Below, in pieces: positions 34,426 through 47,436 of a DNA stretch of 64,000 nucleotides. This DNA is from Octopus bimaculoides (Eukaryota), in assembly GCF_001194135.2 (NCBI RefSeq), contig NC_068990.1, positions 57,469,518-57,533,517 of the forward strand. The letters run 5' to 3'. The translations under genes and the position numbers were made by a program. Each line of letters starts with the position of its first letter. The stretch's first letter is position 1. The notes under the pieces were generated by a model. The model was not told the DNA's origin. It saw only the letters and a program-made list of their open reading frames with translations, and did not search any database.

Positions 34426-35899
34426 TCATAGCTTAATAATGAAAATATGAAAATGCTGTTAAGAAAAATAATTCTCTTAAATTGCCAGAAAAAAATGGTG
34501 TGGTGGGCAATGTAATACTGCCAAAGCAATGAATATATAATTCAACAGTTTAGTGAAAAAGGACTTAAATATGCTAGGTGGCTTGCAAGAAACTATTCCA
34601 AAGGAAGTCTGATTCAGATATATGGAACTTCAACAACCAAGTACAGTCGAAGTAATTTTAAATGAAATCAAAACATTATAATAAATTAATTTTACAGACA
34701 AATTGATATAAATTGTTTTTAATTATTCAAAGTAGAAAATTGGAAAAAAAACAGACGTGGTATACATTGATAGATTTTAGCTATCACCGCATTTATAGAT
34801 CAACTAAATTTATTAGAGATATGAGAAAGTGATAAACATCTGTTATGCTTATACAATCTCAGTAAGTTATGTAAGAAATACTTGATAATATCATTATCTA
34901 TATAACATACTTAACATGTGTCATTGAAAGCCAGAAGCTGCAGATTTTTCTCCAATAAAACGTCCCTTTATAGATGTATTGTGTTAAAAAATACAATATA
35001 CTTCAGAGGTAGGCAAAACGAAATTGACCTGGAAGCAACCAATATATATTTTGTCATTGTTGCAGCTTATTACTTCCGAAATGAATATTCATGCCACTTC
35101 CAAAACATGTTCAAATCAGCCAGTCTAAAATATATAGAAATAGTATATAAACTTTACACTGGTTTGCAGAGATGTTAGACAAGCAGAAAAAAAAATTCAA
35201 ATTATGCAACAGAAACAGATCTAAGTTAAAATCTTTATCTTGATAATATTAAAAGAAACTATGTGGGGTTTTTTTTTCTCTTTTAATTCATGAACTCTAA
35301 GTGGTTTCTTGACAGACATTATTCCTGTCAGTATGGTGTATTATATCTATTTGTATTGAGTTGTTATGTCATGCAAAAATATTTAATATTTAATCAAGAT
35401 CTAATAGCTTCCCAGATTAAATCATTTTGATGCAGAACTGAATCGTATAAGTAATGGTAAGCAATAATTTGTTGCTTTATCTCTGCTGTTAAAGTTAGGT
35501 GATATCATGTATCATGATACCATCCTTAATAAAGCACTGAGAAAGATATTAGAAAAATAATACTTCACTGCATGTAACTCAGAATATATGAGAAATGAAA
35601 TGAATTAGGTAAATGTATGGTTAATGTAATTCAGGAGCTGAAGAGCTCCGGACTAGATATTTACAAACCTATCTTAATGCTTATGAGTTCTAAACTCAAA
35701 TCCTGATAGCATCAATATTGTCATTCATCTCTTTCACTAATGAGATGAAGACCAAAGTACCAGTAATCTACTGATTCTGAGCTAAGATTCTTAAGATACT
35801 TTAGTCGTATAAATGATTAAAAAAAAAAAGATAATTAATGCAGTTTACACAAATATGATAATTTAATGATTAGATTAACTTTATGATTAATATGTAAGT

Positions 35900-36112
35900 T
35901 TAAGGTGAGCTGGCAGAATTGTGAGCATGCCGGACAAAATGCAGTGCTTAGCGGCATTTCATCTGTTTTCATTTTCTGAGTTCAAATTCCACCAAGATTG
36001 ACTTTCCTATCATCCTTTCAGGGTCAATGAAATAAGTACCTGTTCCATACTGGAGGTAATTTAATTCTCTTAGCCTCCCCTAAAATTGCTGGCCTTGTGC
36101 CAAAATTTGAAA
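35900..36112 (+). mobile_element. SINE family D
   Basis: aaggtgagctggcagaa...ggccttgtgccaaaatttgaaa. Confidence 0.82.
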
Positions 36113-36308
36113 CCTACATGTAAGTATATATCACGAAACCGGTTATTTCTCCAAATACAATGTTTATATACCAAAAAAATATTTATAACATTTTTCTGAC
36201 ATAATTTAAATATATACTTTAACCATGTAACACAAGCCTTCTGTAGTTTTTTCACTCTTATTATCTCTTATACATCCAACCACGTGCTTTCACATACCAA
36301 CTTTCTAA

Positions 36309-36351
<43 letters not shown>

Positions 36352-36364
36352 GATNNNNNNNNNN

Positions 36365-36406
<42 letters not shown>

Positions 36407-36439
36407 GATATGTATGTATGATATGTGTGTGTATATATT

Positions 36440-36482
<43 letters not shown>

Positions 36483-36699
36483 GTGTGTGTATGTAAAAGA
36501 AATGAAAATGACAAGGGAATAAGAAATTATGTCCTCAACACCTAGCTAAAAGTAGTTCATGTCATAATTTCTTATTCTATTATCATCATTTAAATTTCTT
36601 ATTACTGCCCTATACTTGACTGACATTCTGTTCTGGCATATGTGCATTGAGATAACACTAGGTTATCAGTATTATTATGCCTAAACGAAATAATGATAA

Positions 36700-36880
36700 T
36701 AGGCATGGCTATATGGTTAGGAAGCTTGCTTCTCAGTAACATGGTTTCAGGTTCAGTTCCACTGCATGGCACCTTGGACAAGTGTCTTCTGCTATAGCCG
36801 TGGGCTGACCGAAGTCTTGTGATTGAATTTGGTAGGCAGAAGTTACAGTCATGTGTGTACATGTGTGTGCTTGTGCCTCC
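36700..36880 (+). mobile_element. SINE family A, 5' half
   Basis: ggcatggctatatggtt...ggcaccttggacaagtgtcttc. Confidence 0.78.
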
Positions 36881-36892
36881 TAACAGAGAGGG

Positions 36893-36972
36893 AATAATAA
36901 TAATAATAACAATAATAATAATAATAACAATAATAATAATAATAATAACAATAATAATAATAATAATAATAA
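36893..36972. repeat. (TAA)n microsatellite
   Basis: Direct. Abuts the 5'-truncated end of R4/Dong-like copy 1. Confidence 0.95.
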
Positions 36973-38573
36973 ACATACTGTGAAAGGATTCAGTGATGAT
37001 ATCGGGATGGAGTTTGGCCTTGAAAATAGTGCCAAAGCCACTTTTAAGAAAGGGAAACTAGTAAAGTCAAGTTCAATAGAACTAGATGTCGAAACTGTAA
37101 TAAAAGAACTTGAGCAGGAACAAACCTATAAATACCTAGGAATAAATGAAGGCTCTGGTATCCAGCATGCAAGCATGAAAGAGAAGGTTAGGAAGGAATG
37201 TTATAGAAGAGTTCGAGCAGTTCTGAAGTCTGAGCTGAATGCTTATAATAAGGTGTTAGCCATAAATTCCTTAGCAGTCCCAGNNNNNNNNNNNNNNNNN
37301 NNNNNNNNNNNNNNNNNNNNNNNNNNNNNNNNNNNNNNNNNNNNNNNNNNNNNNNNNNNNNNNNNNNNNNNNNNNNNNNNNNNNNNNNNNNNNNNNNNNN
37401 NNNNNNNNNNNNNNNNNNNNNNNNNNNNNNNNNNNNNNNNNNNNNNNNNNNNNNNNNNNNNNNNNNNNNNNNNNNNNNNNNNNNNNNNNNNNNNNNNNNN
37501 NNNNNNNNNNNNNNNNNNNNNNNNNNNNNNNNNNNNNNNNNNNNNNNNNNNNNNNNNNNNNNNNNNNNNNNNNNNNNNNNNNNNNNNNNNNNNNNNNNNN
37601 NNNNNNNNNNNNNNNNNNNNNNNNNNNNNNNNNNNNNNNNNNNNNNNNNNNNNNNNNNNNNNNNNNNNNNNNNNNNNNNNNNNNNNNNNNNNNNNNNNNN
37701 NNNNNNNNNNNNNNNNNNNNNNNNNNNNNNNNNNNNNNNNNNNNNNNNNNNNNNNNNNNNNNNNNNNNNNNNNNNNNNNNNNNNNNNNNNNNNNNNNNNN
37801 NNNNNNNNNNNNNNNNNNNNNNNNNNNNNNNNNNNNNNNNNNNNNNNNNNNNNNNNNNNNNNNNNNNNNNNNNNNNNNNNNNNNNNNNNNNNNNNNNNNN
37901 NNNNNNNNNNNNNNNNNNNNNNNNNNNNNNNNNNNNNNNNNNNNNNNNNNNNNNNNNNNNNNNNNNNNNNNNNNNNNNNNNNNNNNNNNNNNNNNNNNNN
38001 NNNNNNNNNNNNNNNNNNNNNNNNNNNNNNNNNNNNNNNNNNNNNNNNNNNNNNNNNNNNNNNNNNNNNNNNNNNNNNNNNNNNNNNNNNNNNNNNNNNN
38101 NNNNNNNNNNNNNNNNNNNNNNNNNNNNNNNNNNNNNNNNNNNNNNNNNNNNNNNNNNNNNNNNNNNNNNNNNNNNNNNNNNNNNNNNNNNNNNNNNNNN
38201 NNNNNNNNNNNNNNNNNNNNNNNNNNNNNNNNNNNNNNNNNNNNNNNNNNNNNNNNNNNNNNNNNNNNTAGGAATGATAAAAAAAAGGTACTGAAACCTA
38301 TTTGAAAATGATACCAGGCTTACCATTTCTACAGGAAGTGCAAAAAATCGTGCTAACTGGAACGACTCATGTACTAAGAAGAGCATTATCGCTGTGAAAA
38401 CAACATCCATTCATGAATTATTATTTTTTTTTTATTTCTTAAATACATGTTTTACCTGTGAATTTGCATGTGTAAATTGGGAATGCATACAACGAGTTTC
38501 TCTGCCCTAGGTGTACGGAAAACACTCGGCGAGAAATGGGAGAAAATTTGAAGAAAGAAGAAAAAAAACAACA
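36973..38573 (+). mobile_element. R4/Dong-clade (RLE-type) non-LTR retrotransposon, 5'-truncated copy 1 (985-bp gap inside)
   Basis: FSDDIGMEFGL..AK...YKYLGI...KEKVRKECYRRVRAVLKSELNAYNKVLAINSLAVP. After the gap IPGLPFLQEVQKIVLTGTTHVLRRALSL* (stop 38395-97), then the 3' UTR and (TAA)n. Confidence 0.88.
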
Positions 38574-38595
38574 TAATAATAATAATAATAATAAC

Positions 38596-38654
<59 letters not shown>

Positions 38655-38678
38655 TAATAATAATAATAATAATAATAA
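38574..38678. repeat. (TAA)n microsatellite between R4/Dong copies 1 and 2
   Basis: Direct. Confidence 0.95.
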
Positions 38679-39930
38679 AAGTAAACTCAATGGAAAAAAC
38701 GAAATCAGGGCAATGATCACATGGCCTGTTTCCTTAATGTGTTATGGTGCAGATGTTGTTAAGTGAATGAGCTTGAGGAAAACTAGAAAAGTGATGACAA
38801 GATCTACATCCCAAAAGTGTTACTGACAGACTGTATGTGCCTAGAAACAGGGGTGGAAGAGGTCTCCTAAGACCAAGATTTGTGTTGTCAATGAGGAGAA
38901 CAGTCTGGGATAGTACATCAAACAGTAGAGCAAATCCTTGCTTGCCGCTGTTAGAATTAACAATATAATACCCACTGAAAATGCGATGCACCCACAAACA
39001 TTTAAGAAACAAGATGAAGAAGAAAGAATAAACAACTGGAAAATGAAACCACTACATGGGCAATACCTCAGAGAAATCGAAGGAAAAGACAAGATCAACA
39101 CTTGGAGATGGCTTAGAAAAAGTGATTTGATAGGATGCACTGAGGCATTGATGTGCAGTGCTCAGAAACAAGCTCTGAGAACTAATTACACCAAGTCCCA
39201 AATAGATAAGAGTAGCAAATCTCCCCTTTGTAAGATGTGTGGCAGCAGAAATGAAACAATCTCACATACTGTGAGTGAGTGTAGCAAGCTGGCCCAAAAA
39301 CACTACAAAAGGGTACACAATAATGTGGCTTAAGTTTGTCCACCAAAAGGCTATGTGAAAAGTACGGCCTGAACAGAGCATGGAAATGGTACAAACATGA
39401 ACCAGGAGTCACTGAGAACAAGGAATATAAGATACTGTGGGATTTTACAATCCAATGTAACTGCCTAATCATGGCACAGAGACCAGATGTTGTTGTGGTA
39501 GACAGAGGAATAAAAAGGAAACCAAGATTATAGATATTGCAATGCCTGAAGATCTCATGCATAATTGACAAAGAACTAGAAATGATTGCAAAGTACAAAC
39601 TACTAAAAGACGAAATTGCAAGAATGTGGACTTTGAGGAGAGCATCTGTCATTCCATTCCAATAGTTAGTAGGGACACTTAGTGCACTAACAACCAAGTT
39701 TGAGAAATATGTCAAAGAAATTAGAATTGACATGAGAGCAGAGCAAGCCTAAAAAGCAGCTCTGTTGGGGACAGCTAGGAATTTGAGATCGGTACTCGGA
39801 TGTTGAATGTCTCCCATGGTAATTAACAGCCAAGTATCGAAGCTTGTAATGGGTGGAAAGAGACCCTGTTAGATCTCTGATAACAGGATGCCATCTGCTC
39901 TCACAAAATCTACCAGAACAAACAAGACTA
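38679..39930 (+). mobile_element. R4/Dong-clade retrotransposon, 5'-truncated copy 2
   Basis: SKLNGKNEIRAMITW; KPLHGQYLRE; CCHC knuckle CKMCGSRNETISHTVSEC; HNNVA; KILWDFTIQ...RPDVVVVD (RLE PD motif); ends LLGTARNLRSVLGC* at 39804-06. Confidence 0.9.
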
Positions 39931-39939
39931 AATGTTCAT

Positions 39940-40220
39940 ATTTCCCTATTGCACACAAGGGGCTAAACATAGAGAGGACAAACAAGGACAGACAAAGCGA
40001 TTAAGTTGATTAGATCGACCCCAGTGCGTAAATGGTACTTAATTTATTGACCCTGAAAGGATGAAAGGCAAAGTCGACATCAGCAGAATTTGAACTCAGA
40101 ACGTAGCGGCAGATGAAATACTGCTAAGCATTTCGCCGGGCGTGCTAACGTTTCTGCCAGCTTGCCACCTGAGAAGTAAAACGATAATATAATGATGATG
40201 ATAATAATAATAATAATAAC

Positions 40221-40260
<40 letters not shown>

Positions 40261-40432
40261 TCTAATGGAGGCACAAGGCCTCAAATTTGGGGAGAGTGGA
40301 CTAGTTGATTACATCAACCCCAGTGTTTCACTGGTACTTGGTTTATCAAGCCTGAAAGGATGAAAGGCAAAGTTGACCTCAGAGGAATTTGAACTCAGAA
40401 CATATTCACTCAGCATGCTAATCAGTCTGCCA
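39940..40432 (-). mobile_element. Two family-D SINEs separated by (TAA)n
   Basis: Copies at ~39940-40170 and ~40258-40432, (TAA)n at ~40190-40256. Confidence 0.85.
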
Positions 40433-40433
40433 G

Positions 40434-42360
40434 CATTTTCCAGGGTGACTCTTTATCGTCACTCCTCTTTTGTCTGGCCTTAATACTTCTTTTGAAATTG
40501 CTTGATGATGTACAATATGGCTATAAAATTTTTTATAAAATTACAAATCATATCTTTTATAATGATGATTGAAATCTCTTTGCAAAAATTGACCAACAAC
40601 TAACAACAAGGCTTACTATCAATTGTAAAACAGTTCAGTGATGACATCAGGATGGAATTTGGCCTAGATAAATGGGCAAAAGCTATCTTTTTCAGAGGGA
40701 AAATGATAGAAACATCCAATGTTAAACTTGACCAACAGAATGTTATAAAGGAGTTAGAACCAGAGGAGAGCTACAAATACCTAAGGGTATTTGAAGGTGA
40801 TGGCATCAAACATTCAGTGATGCAGGAAAAGATCAGAAACGAATGTTATCGCAGGGTAAGGGCAATACTCAAGACAGAGCTGAATGCAAGAAACAGGATC
40901 AAAGCAATCAATATTTTAGCCATACCGGTCGTGACTTAACAGTTTCAATACTATTATCTGGTTAATAACTGAAATCTGTAATCTTGACAGAAAGATATTA
41001 AAATTGTTGACAATGAATGGAATGCACCACCCTAAGGCAGATATAGAATGACATTACCTGCTAAGAAAAGAGGGTAGCTGTGAACTTTTACAACTGGAAT
41101 TAACATTGAAAATTGCCACAATTGGCCTAAACACCTACCTGAAAAACTCTGAAGACTGGATGTTAAAAGTTGTCTTAAAGCATGAAAATAAGAAAACATC
41201 ATACTCAGTAATAAAACGGGTAAAGAAATATCTAAGTGAATTACAAATACAATAAATCCTAAAATTAGACCTACTGGATACAAGCACAGAAAAAGCTTAT
41301 GAAAACCTGTGCTAAAACTGCTGCTTTAGAAATTCTTACTGATAAATGGCAAGAAAAGCCTCTGAGTGGCAAATATCCAAAGATAGGTAATAATGCTGAT
41401 GTCAACAAAGCACTTTCCCATCAATGGTTAGTGTCTTCTGGCTTAAAATAAGAAACAGAAGGGTTTATCATAACAACCCAAGATCAATGCCTGCCTATAA
41501 GAAGCTACCAGGCCAACATCTTAAAGACAGTCATAGCCCAACATGTCGTGCATGTAAACAACAAAATTAAAGTATCGATCATGTCTCCATGTGCAATCAT
41601 TTTGTGCCTACAGGGTATCTCAGCAGGCATGACAGAGCAGCACAGTACATTCACTGAGTAGTTTGTAAAGACTTTGACCTGCCCCATGATAAAAACTGGT
41701 GGGAACACAAACCACCTCCAATGCTTGAAAATGATCACTTCTCACTCCTTTGGAACTTTCCTGTTCAAACTGACAGAAAGATAGATGCAAGTAGGCAAAA
41801 ATCATGCCCCCTCATTGATATGACTGTCCCAATCGACATAAATGTGTCTATCAAGACCTACCAAAAACTGAGCAAGTATAAAGATTTTCAAATAGAAATT
41901 AGCAAATGTGGAATCTCAAGACTAAAACAATACCTGTTGTCATAGATCTCTAAGAATGATAGCAAAAGAGACTGATTGCTGCCTGTCTCAGATACCAGGA
42001 AAGCCAAAACTGAAAGAAATTTTTAAAATAGTGCTCATGGAAACTGCTCATATCTTACAAAAATATTGTCTATATAATCCCCAAAACATTTTAATCTGTA
42101 AACATTGTTAAAGGTACTTTTAAATGTACATAAAAGCAAACACATTTTACTGAGATATTAACATTACACTATCATCTTATCATCAAATTACTTTTAAAAC
42201 AAACTTTTAATTTTCGTATGTTTTGACAGACATTCTCTAGAACAATACTCTATGCAAAACCAGAAGTGTGGCACCCTAGTCATAATACCAATTTGAACTT
42301 GTCTAGATAAGACTTGGAGTCAATTTGTACAACTTCAAAGCAAAAGCCAAACATGTATTA
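40434..42360 (+). mobile_element. R4/Dong-clade retrotransposon, copy 3 (RT to RLE, decayed)
   Basis: IFQGDSLSSLLFCLAL; NHIFYNDD (decayed YMDD); MEFGLDKWAKA; YKYL; CRAC..HV; LLWNFPVQTDRKIDA; ends VLMETAHILQKILSI* at ~42075, then the 3' UTR and (TAA)n. Confidence 0.9.
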
Positions 42361-42397
42361 ATAATAATAATAATAATAATAATAGTAATAATAATAA

Positions 42398-42598
42398 TCC
42401 TTTCTACTATAGGCACAAGGCCTGAAACATTGGGGGAGAGGATAAGTCGATTACATCAACCCCAGTACTCAACTGATACTTATTTTATCAACCACAAGAG
42501 GATGAAAGGCAAAGTTGACCCCAGCAGCACTTGAACTCAGAATGTGAAGACAGTTGAAATGCTACTAAGCATTTTGTCCGGCGTGCTAATGATTCTGT
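42398..42598 (-). mobile_element. SINE family D
   Basis: cctttctactataggcacaaggcc...ttgaactcagaa. Confidence 0.85.
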
Positions 42599-43564
42599 AA
42601 TAACAATAATATATATGTGTGTACACGTAATTATGTATATACCATACAAATATATGTACGTATGATTTATGCATGATATGTATGTATACATATGTATATA
42701 TGTATGTACATGTAAATTTGAGCAAAATGTTACCTATAGAAATGTATGCACATATATACTTGCACACACACACACACACGTACACTTGCACATGCACACA
42801 CACACACACACATGCACAAATACACACACACATGGGTAAATAGATCTCCATTGACTTCAACAATGAGCTGTTTGATCAGCTGAATTATCTGCTCATTGAA
42901 TTAACCTCTAATTGGTTGAGCATTTCACATAAGCACATACCTTTAGTGTAATACTCAAGCAGAACCAGAATGAGCCACTTTGTGACAAAGCCAAACCTTG
43001 TTAATTACAGGTACAATCCATTTGATAAACATTTGCACAGCTACTGCCTCCATACAAATGCACATATATGCAAACTTGCACACATGAAGGCCATTATAAG
43101 GGCATTAGGGTATTACATATATTAAAACCAGTAGGTATAAGTAACATGGGGCTTCTTCATATACTGACATTAACCATAAGCTGAATGTACCTGGTAGAAG
43201 TGTTTCATTAGGCTTTCCATTGATGCTGTTTCCAGTAGGCTACCCTTGGGCATTTAAATCTCTCTATCATTTTGTTACTCAATTGGATGTTTGTCTCTTA
43301 GACAATATCACATTTACTACAACGTGATATTGTCACCTTTCTGTTAATTCACTTGAGGCTATTGGCAGCAAGATTTATTTGCATGTTCTGGATTATGATG
43401 TGACCATGGAGAGGAGAAAAAAAACTTATTGATCCTCTATATATCATAGCAATTAGTTTTGTATCCAAATAACACACCAAATTCTTGTCAAATGGAAGTT
43501 TTAATTGTGTCCAGCTTCTAAAGTATCTGACAAATAGTTATATTTTGCAATAAAATATATCATA

Positions 43565-43782
43565 TAAGGCAGCAAGCTGACAGAAATATTAGCATGCCGG
43601 GCAAAAAGCTTAGCAATATTTTGTGTGTCACTATGTTCTGAGTTCAAATTCTGCCGAGGTCAACTTTGCCTTTCATCCTTTCGGAGTCAATAAATTAAGT
43701 ACCAGTTACATACTGAGGGTCAATCTAATCGACGGGCCCTCTCCCCAAAAGTTTCGGGCCTTGTGCCTAGAGAAGAAAAGAA
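43565..43782 (+). mobile_element. SINE family D
   Basis: aaggcagcaagctgacagaa...gagttcaaattctgccgaggtc...gccttgtgcctagagaagaaaag. Confidence 0.85.
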
Positions 43783-44869
43783 TAAAATATATTATCAACA
43801 TTCCTATTGGTAACATTTTGTTCAAGATTTTAAATACATTCACATGTGTACGCTTTTGACAAAAATATTTGTAGAATAAATATTTTGACAAAACTTGTTT
43901 CACAGTTAACCAGAATTTTTTACTTATCATGCATTATACTTTGTATAGCATAAGCCCCAGCTCATCTTTTTAAGTTGTGTGGATTGGAAATATACATAAG
44001 AAATGAAGTGATTCAGGTAATTTGGTATCTCAGATACAGAGATTTGGTAAATACAGTACAGAAACTGATGGGGTGGAATAAATATTCATCATATGTTACT
44101 CAATGTTCCTGAGTTCTAAACTCAAATCCTGTTAGGTTTGACATTGATAGTGTTAGATAACATAATATGAAAGCACCACATGAAAGCTAACTCACAATGA
44201 TGAATAAGATGAGAAGAAGGATAAAGGCCATAAGATCAAAATGTCATCACCTTCTTGCAGTTAGACTGACTATTACTTGGTGACAAATGATGACAATGCT
44301 GTTCCGCCAACAAAGCGCTCATAGCTTCTTTCATATATAACCTGTGCTTGCCATGAGATGAGAGAGGAACCTTGAAACTACCATATTTACTACTTGTAAA
44401 ATAAATATCAATGAGCCAATGAAGGAGCCTCTATATGATCACTCAATTTGCTAGAAATACTAACCAAATTTCACTTCACTATTTCATAACAAAAAAAAAC
44501 AAAACACATATTTCATCCCCACAGCCAGCTTCACAGCATTTGTTATTGCAGATATCTCCTAATTTTTTTTGGCTGCATTCCATCTCCTACAACCTACAAA
44601 GGAATAAAACAATAAATTCTTTAACGATGTGTGGAGATTTGCTTGCTGCATGGATATAATTCTGTCTATGCATTGGTAAAGATATTTGTTATTTGTTGTT
44701 TTTTTTTAGTTCCAAGTCAGACCTTGACTAAACAATTGCAAGAACAAAGGTATTGCTGTCAGGATCATTCCATTTTATATAGGTACATGGAACTGTACCA
44801 TCTAGCATCTAATTTGCTACCTCTTCAAAGTAATCGGATATTTAAAAGCTAATGAGGGTCCCTCTATAT

Positions 44870-45272
44870 CAGCAGTTCTTAACTAGGGTCTGTATGACCC
44901 TTGGAGGTCCATATGACTCTAGGGTCTGTATGACCCTTGGGGGTCCATGTAGATCTTGGAGGGGGTCTGTATAAGATTTTGTTGTTGAAATTTATGTGCA
45001 ATAAACTGATTATGCTTCTACAATAGACGAAATATTTTAACAATTTGTTATTACAATTCCTAATAATATTTACTCTTTTACTTGTTTCAGTCATTTTGAC
45101 TGTAGCCATGCTGGAGCACTGCCTTTTAGTCGAGCAAATTGACCCCAGGACTTATTCTTTGTAAGCCTAGTACTTATTTTATCAGTCTCTTTTGCCGAAC
45201 CGCTAAGTTACGGGGACATAAACACACCAGCATCAGTTGTTAAGCGATGTTGGGGAGACAAATACAGACACA

Positions 45273-45323
<51 letters not shown>

Positions 45324-45586
45324 GCATATATACGATGAGCTTCTTTCAGTTTCCGTCAACCAAATCCACTCACAAGGCTTTGGTCGGCCCGAGGCTATAG
45401 TAGGAGACACTTGCCCAAGGTGCCATGCAGTGGGACTGAACCTGGAACCATGTGGTTGGTAAGCAAGCCACTTACCACACAGCCACTAAAGATTTCTTTT
45501 TAACATCAAATGGCTATAAGGTTCGCATGAATAAAATAAGAATCAAAGAGTCCATAGGTCAAAAAAAAGAAATAGAAGAACCACTG
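44870..45586. mobile_element. hAT-like MITE with 8-bp TSD, containing a nested SINE A (45071-45487, minus) and an internal tandem duplication of ~35-40 bp
   Basis: TIR cagcagttctt / agaaccactg. TSD ctctatat (44862-69) vs ctctgtat (45587-94). tagggtctgtatgacccttgg occurs twice. Confidence 0.78.
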
Positions 45587-45659
45587 CTCTGTATGATTGC
45601 TTGACTAGCAAGAAATAGTAGAACAATGTCTTTCAATCAACATCCACCTTACAATCATC

Positions 45660-45957
45660 GTCGTCGTCATCAAAATCCTTATCATTTTAACATCGGTGTT
45701 TCCACACTTGCATGGGTTGGATGCAGTTTTATTAAGGCAAATTTTCTACAGTCGGATAGTTTTCCTGTTGCCAATCCATACCTGTTTCCAAGCAAAGTAA
45801 TATTTCACCATGCCCATGTGTGTTCTTGCTGAATATACAAGTTATGTCACCCACTTCCAAGTGGGTGACATAACTTGTATGATAGTGACAATTATTTTAC
45901 AACTTGTAAGCAAAAATCAAGATAAAAAGACACAGATACACATACTCACACACAAAA

Positions 45958-45960
<3 letters not shown>
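45660..45960 (-). mobile_element. 3' part of the RTE-tailed SINE variant (same as 28200-28715)
   Basis: cttgcatgggttggatg...ttttctacagtcggat...cctgtttccaagcaaagtaatatttc. Confidence 0.6.
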
Positions 45961-46015
<55 letters not shown>

Positions 46016-46042
46016 NNNNNNNNNNNNNNNNNNNNNNNNNNN

Positions 46043-46091
<49 letters not shown>

Positions 46092-46184
46092 ATGAATAAT
46101 AGAAAATGGATAGAATGACATGCTTTATTATACATCCTTACATTCATACATATATATGCATGTAGGCACAGATGTGACTGTGTG

Positions 46185-46995
46185 GATAGGCACAGGAGTG
46201 GCTGTGTGGTAAGAAGCTTACTTACCAACCACATGGTTCTGGGTTCAGTCCCAGTGCGTGGCACCTTGGGCAAGTGTTTTCTACTATAGCCTCAGGCCTT
46301 GTGAGTGGATTTATTAAATAGAAACTGAAAGAAGCCTGTATATGTGTGTGTGTGTGTGTGTGTGCATGTGTGTCTGTTTGTCCCTCCACCATCACTTGAC
46401 AACCGATGTTGGTGTGTTTATGTCCCCATAAACTAGCAGTTCAGCAAAAGAGACCGATAGAATAAGTACTAGGCTTACAAAGAATAAGTTCTGGGGACAA
46501 TTTGTTCAACTAAAGGCAGTACTCCAGCATGGCTACAGTCAAATGACTGAAACAAATAAAAGAATAAAAGAATATATATATATAAATACATACATGTCTT
46601 TTATCTTTTACTTGTTTTTTTGTCATTAAACTATGACCATACTAGAGCACCACCTTGAAGAATTTTTAGTTAAATGAATTGATCCCAGTACTTTTTTTAA
46701 GCTTGGTACTTATTCTACCAGTCTCTTTTGCTGAACTACTAAGTTACAGAGATGTAAACACAAGCAGTGGTGGAGGACATCCTCATGCACAAAGACACAC
46801 CCACCACATACACACACTCACACACACTCTCACATGCACACACACACATACACACACATACAGACACACTCATATACATATGACAGGCTTCTTTCAGTCT
46901 CCATCTACTAATCCACTCACAAGGCTTTGGTCAGTCTGAGGCTATAGTTGAAGACATTTGATCAAGGTGGGACTGAACCTGGAACCATGTGGTAA
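46185..46995. mobile_element. Tail-to-tail inverted pair of family-A SINEs (+ 46185-46572; - 46600-46995)
   Basis: Homology to 3468-3880 in both orientations, ~30 bp apart. Confidence 0.85.
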
Positions 46996-47329
46996 ATCCA
47001 CTCACAATGCTTCGGTCATCTTGAAGTTATAAACACACTTGCTTAAGGAGCCATGCACTAGGACTGGCCCCAAAATCATGTGGTTGAAGAACAGACCTCT
47101 TATCACATGGTCATGCCTGTGTCTATAACAAAAAACAAAAAAAAAATACATGTTAGGTGATGTACTTTGTGATACCAAAGTATTACCAAAGATGGAATAT
47201 AAAAGGGACGTTCATGGCTTGTCTGTTTCTTTTAATCATAGGCTTGCTTGATCAGGGCTATTTGCTGTTAAACAACAACAATTGGAATGACTTGATTATG
47301 AGTTTGTTCAATCGTAGTTAACCTGAAGC

Positions 47330-47396
47330 TAAATAACAACAACAACAACATTGATACCACTGCTGCCAACAACAGCAACAACCACCACCACGATGA

Positions 47397-47436
<40 letters not shown>
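47330..47436. repeat. (AAC)n/(TAC)n microsatellite
   Basis: Direct. Confidence 0.9.

Noticed and set aside
38439-38766. Poly-Leu / poly-Asn ORFs (also poly-Ile/Tyr at 36602-36976 and 40080-40284)
   Set aside because: Translations of (TAA)n tracts.
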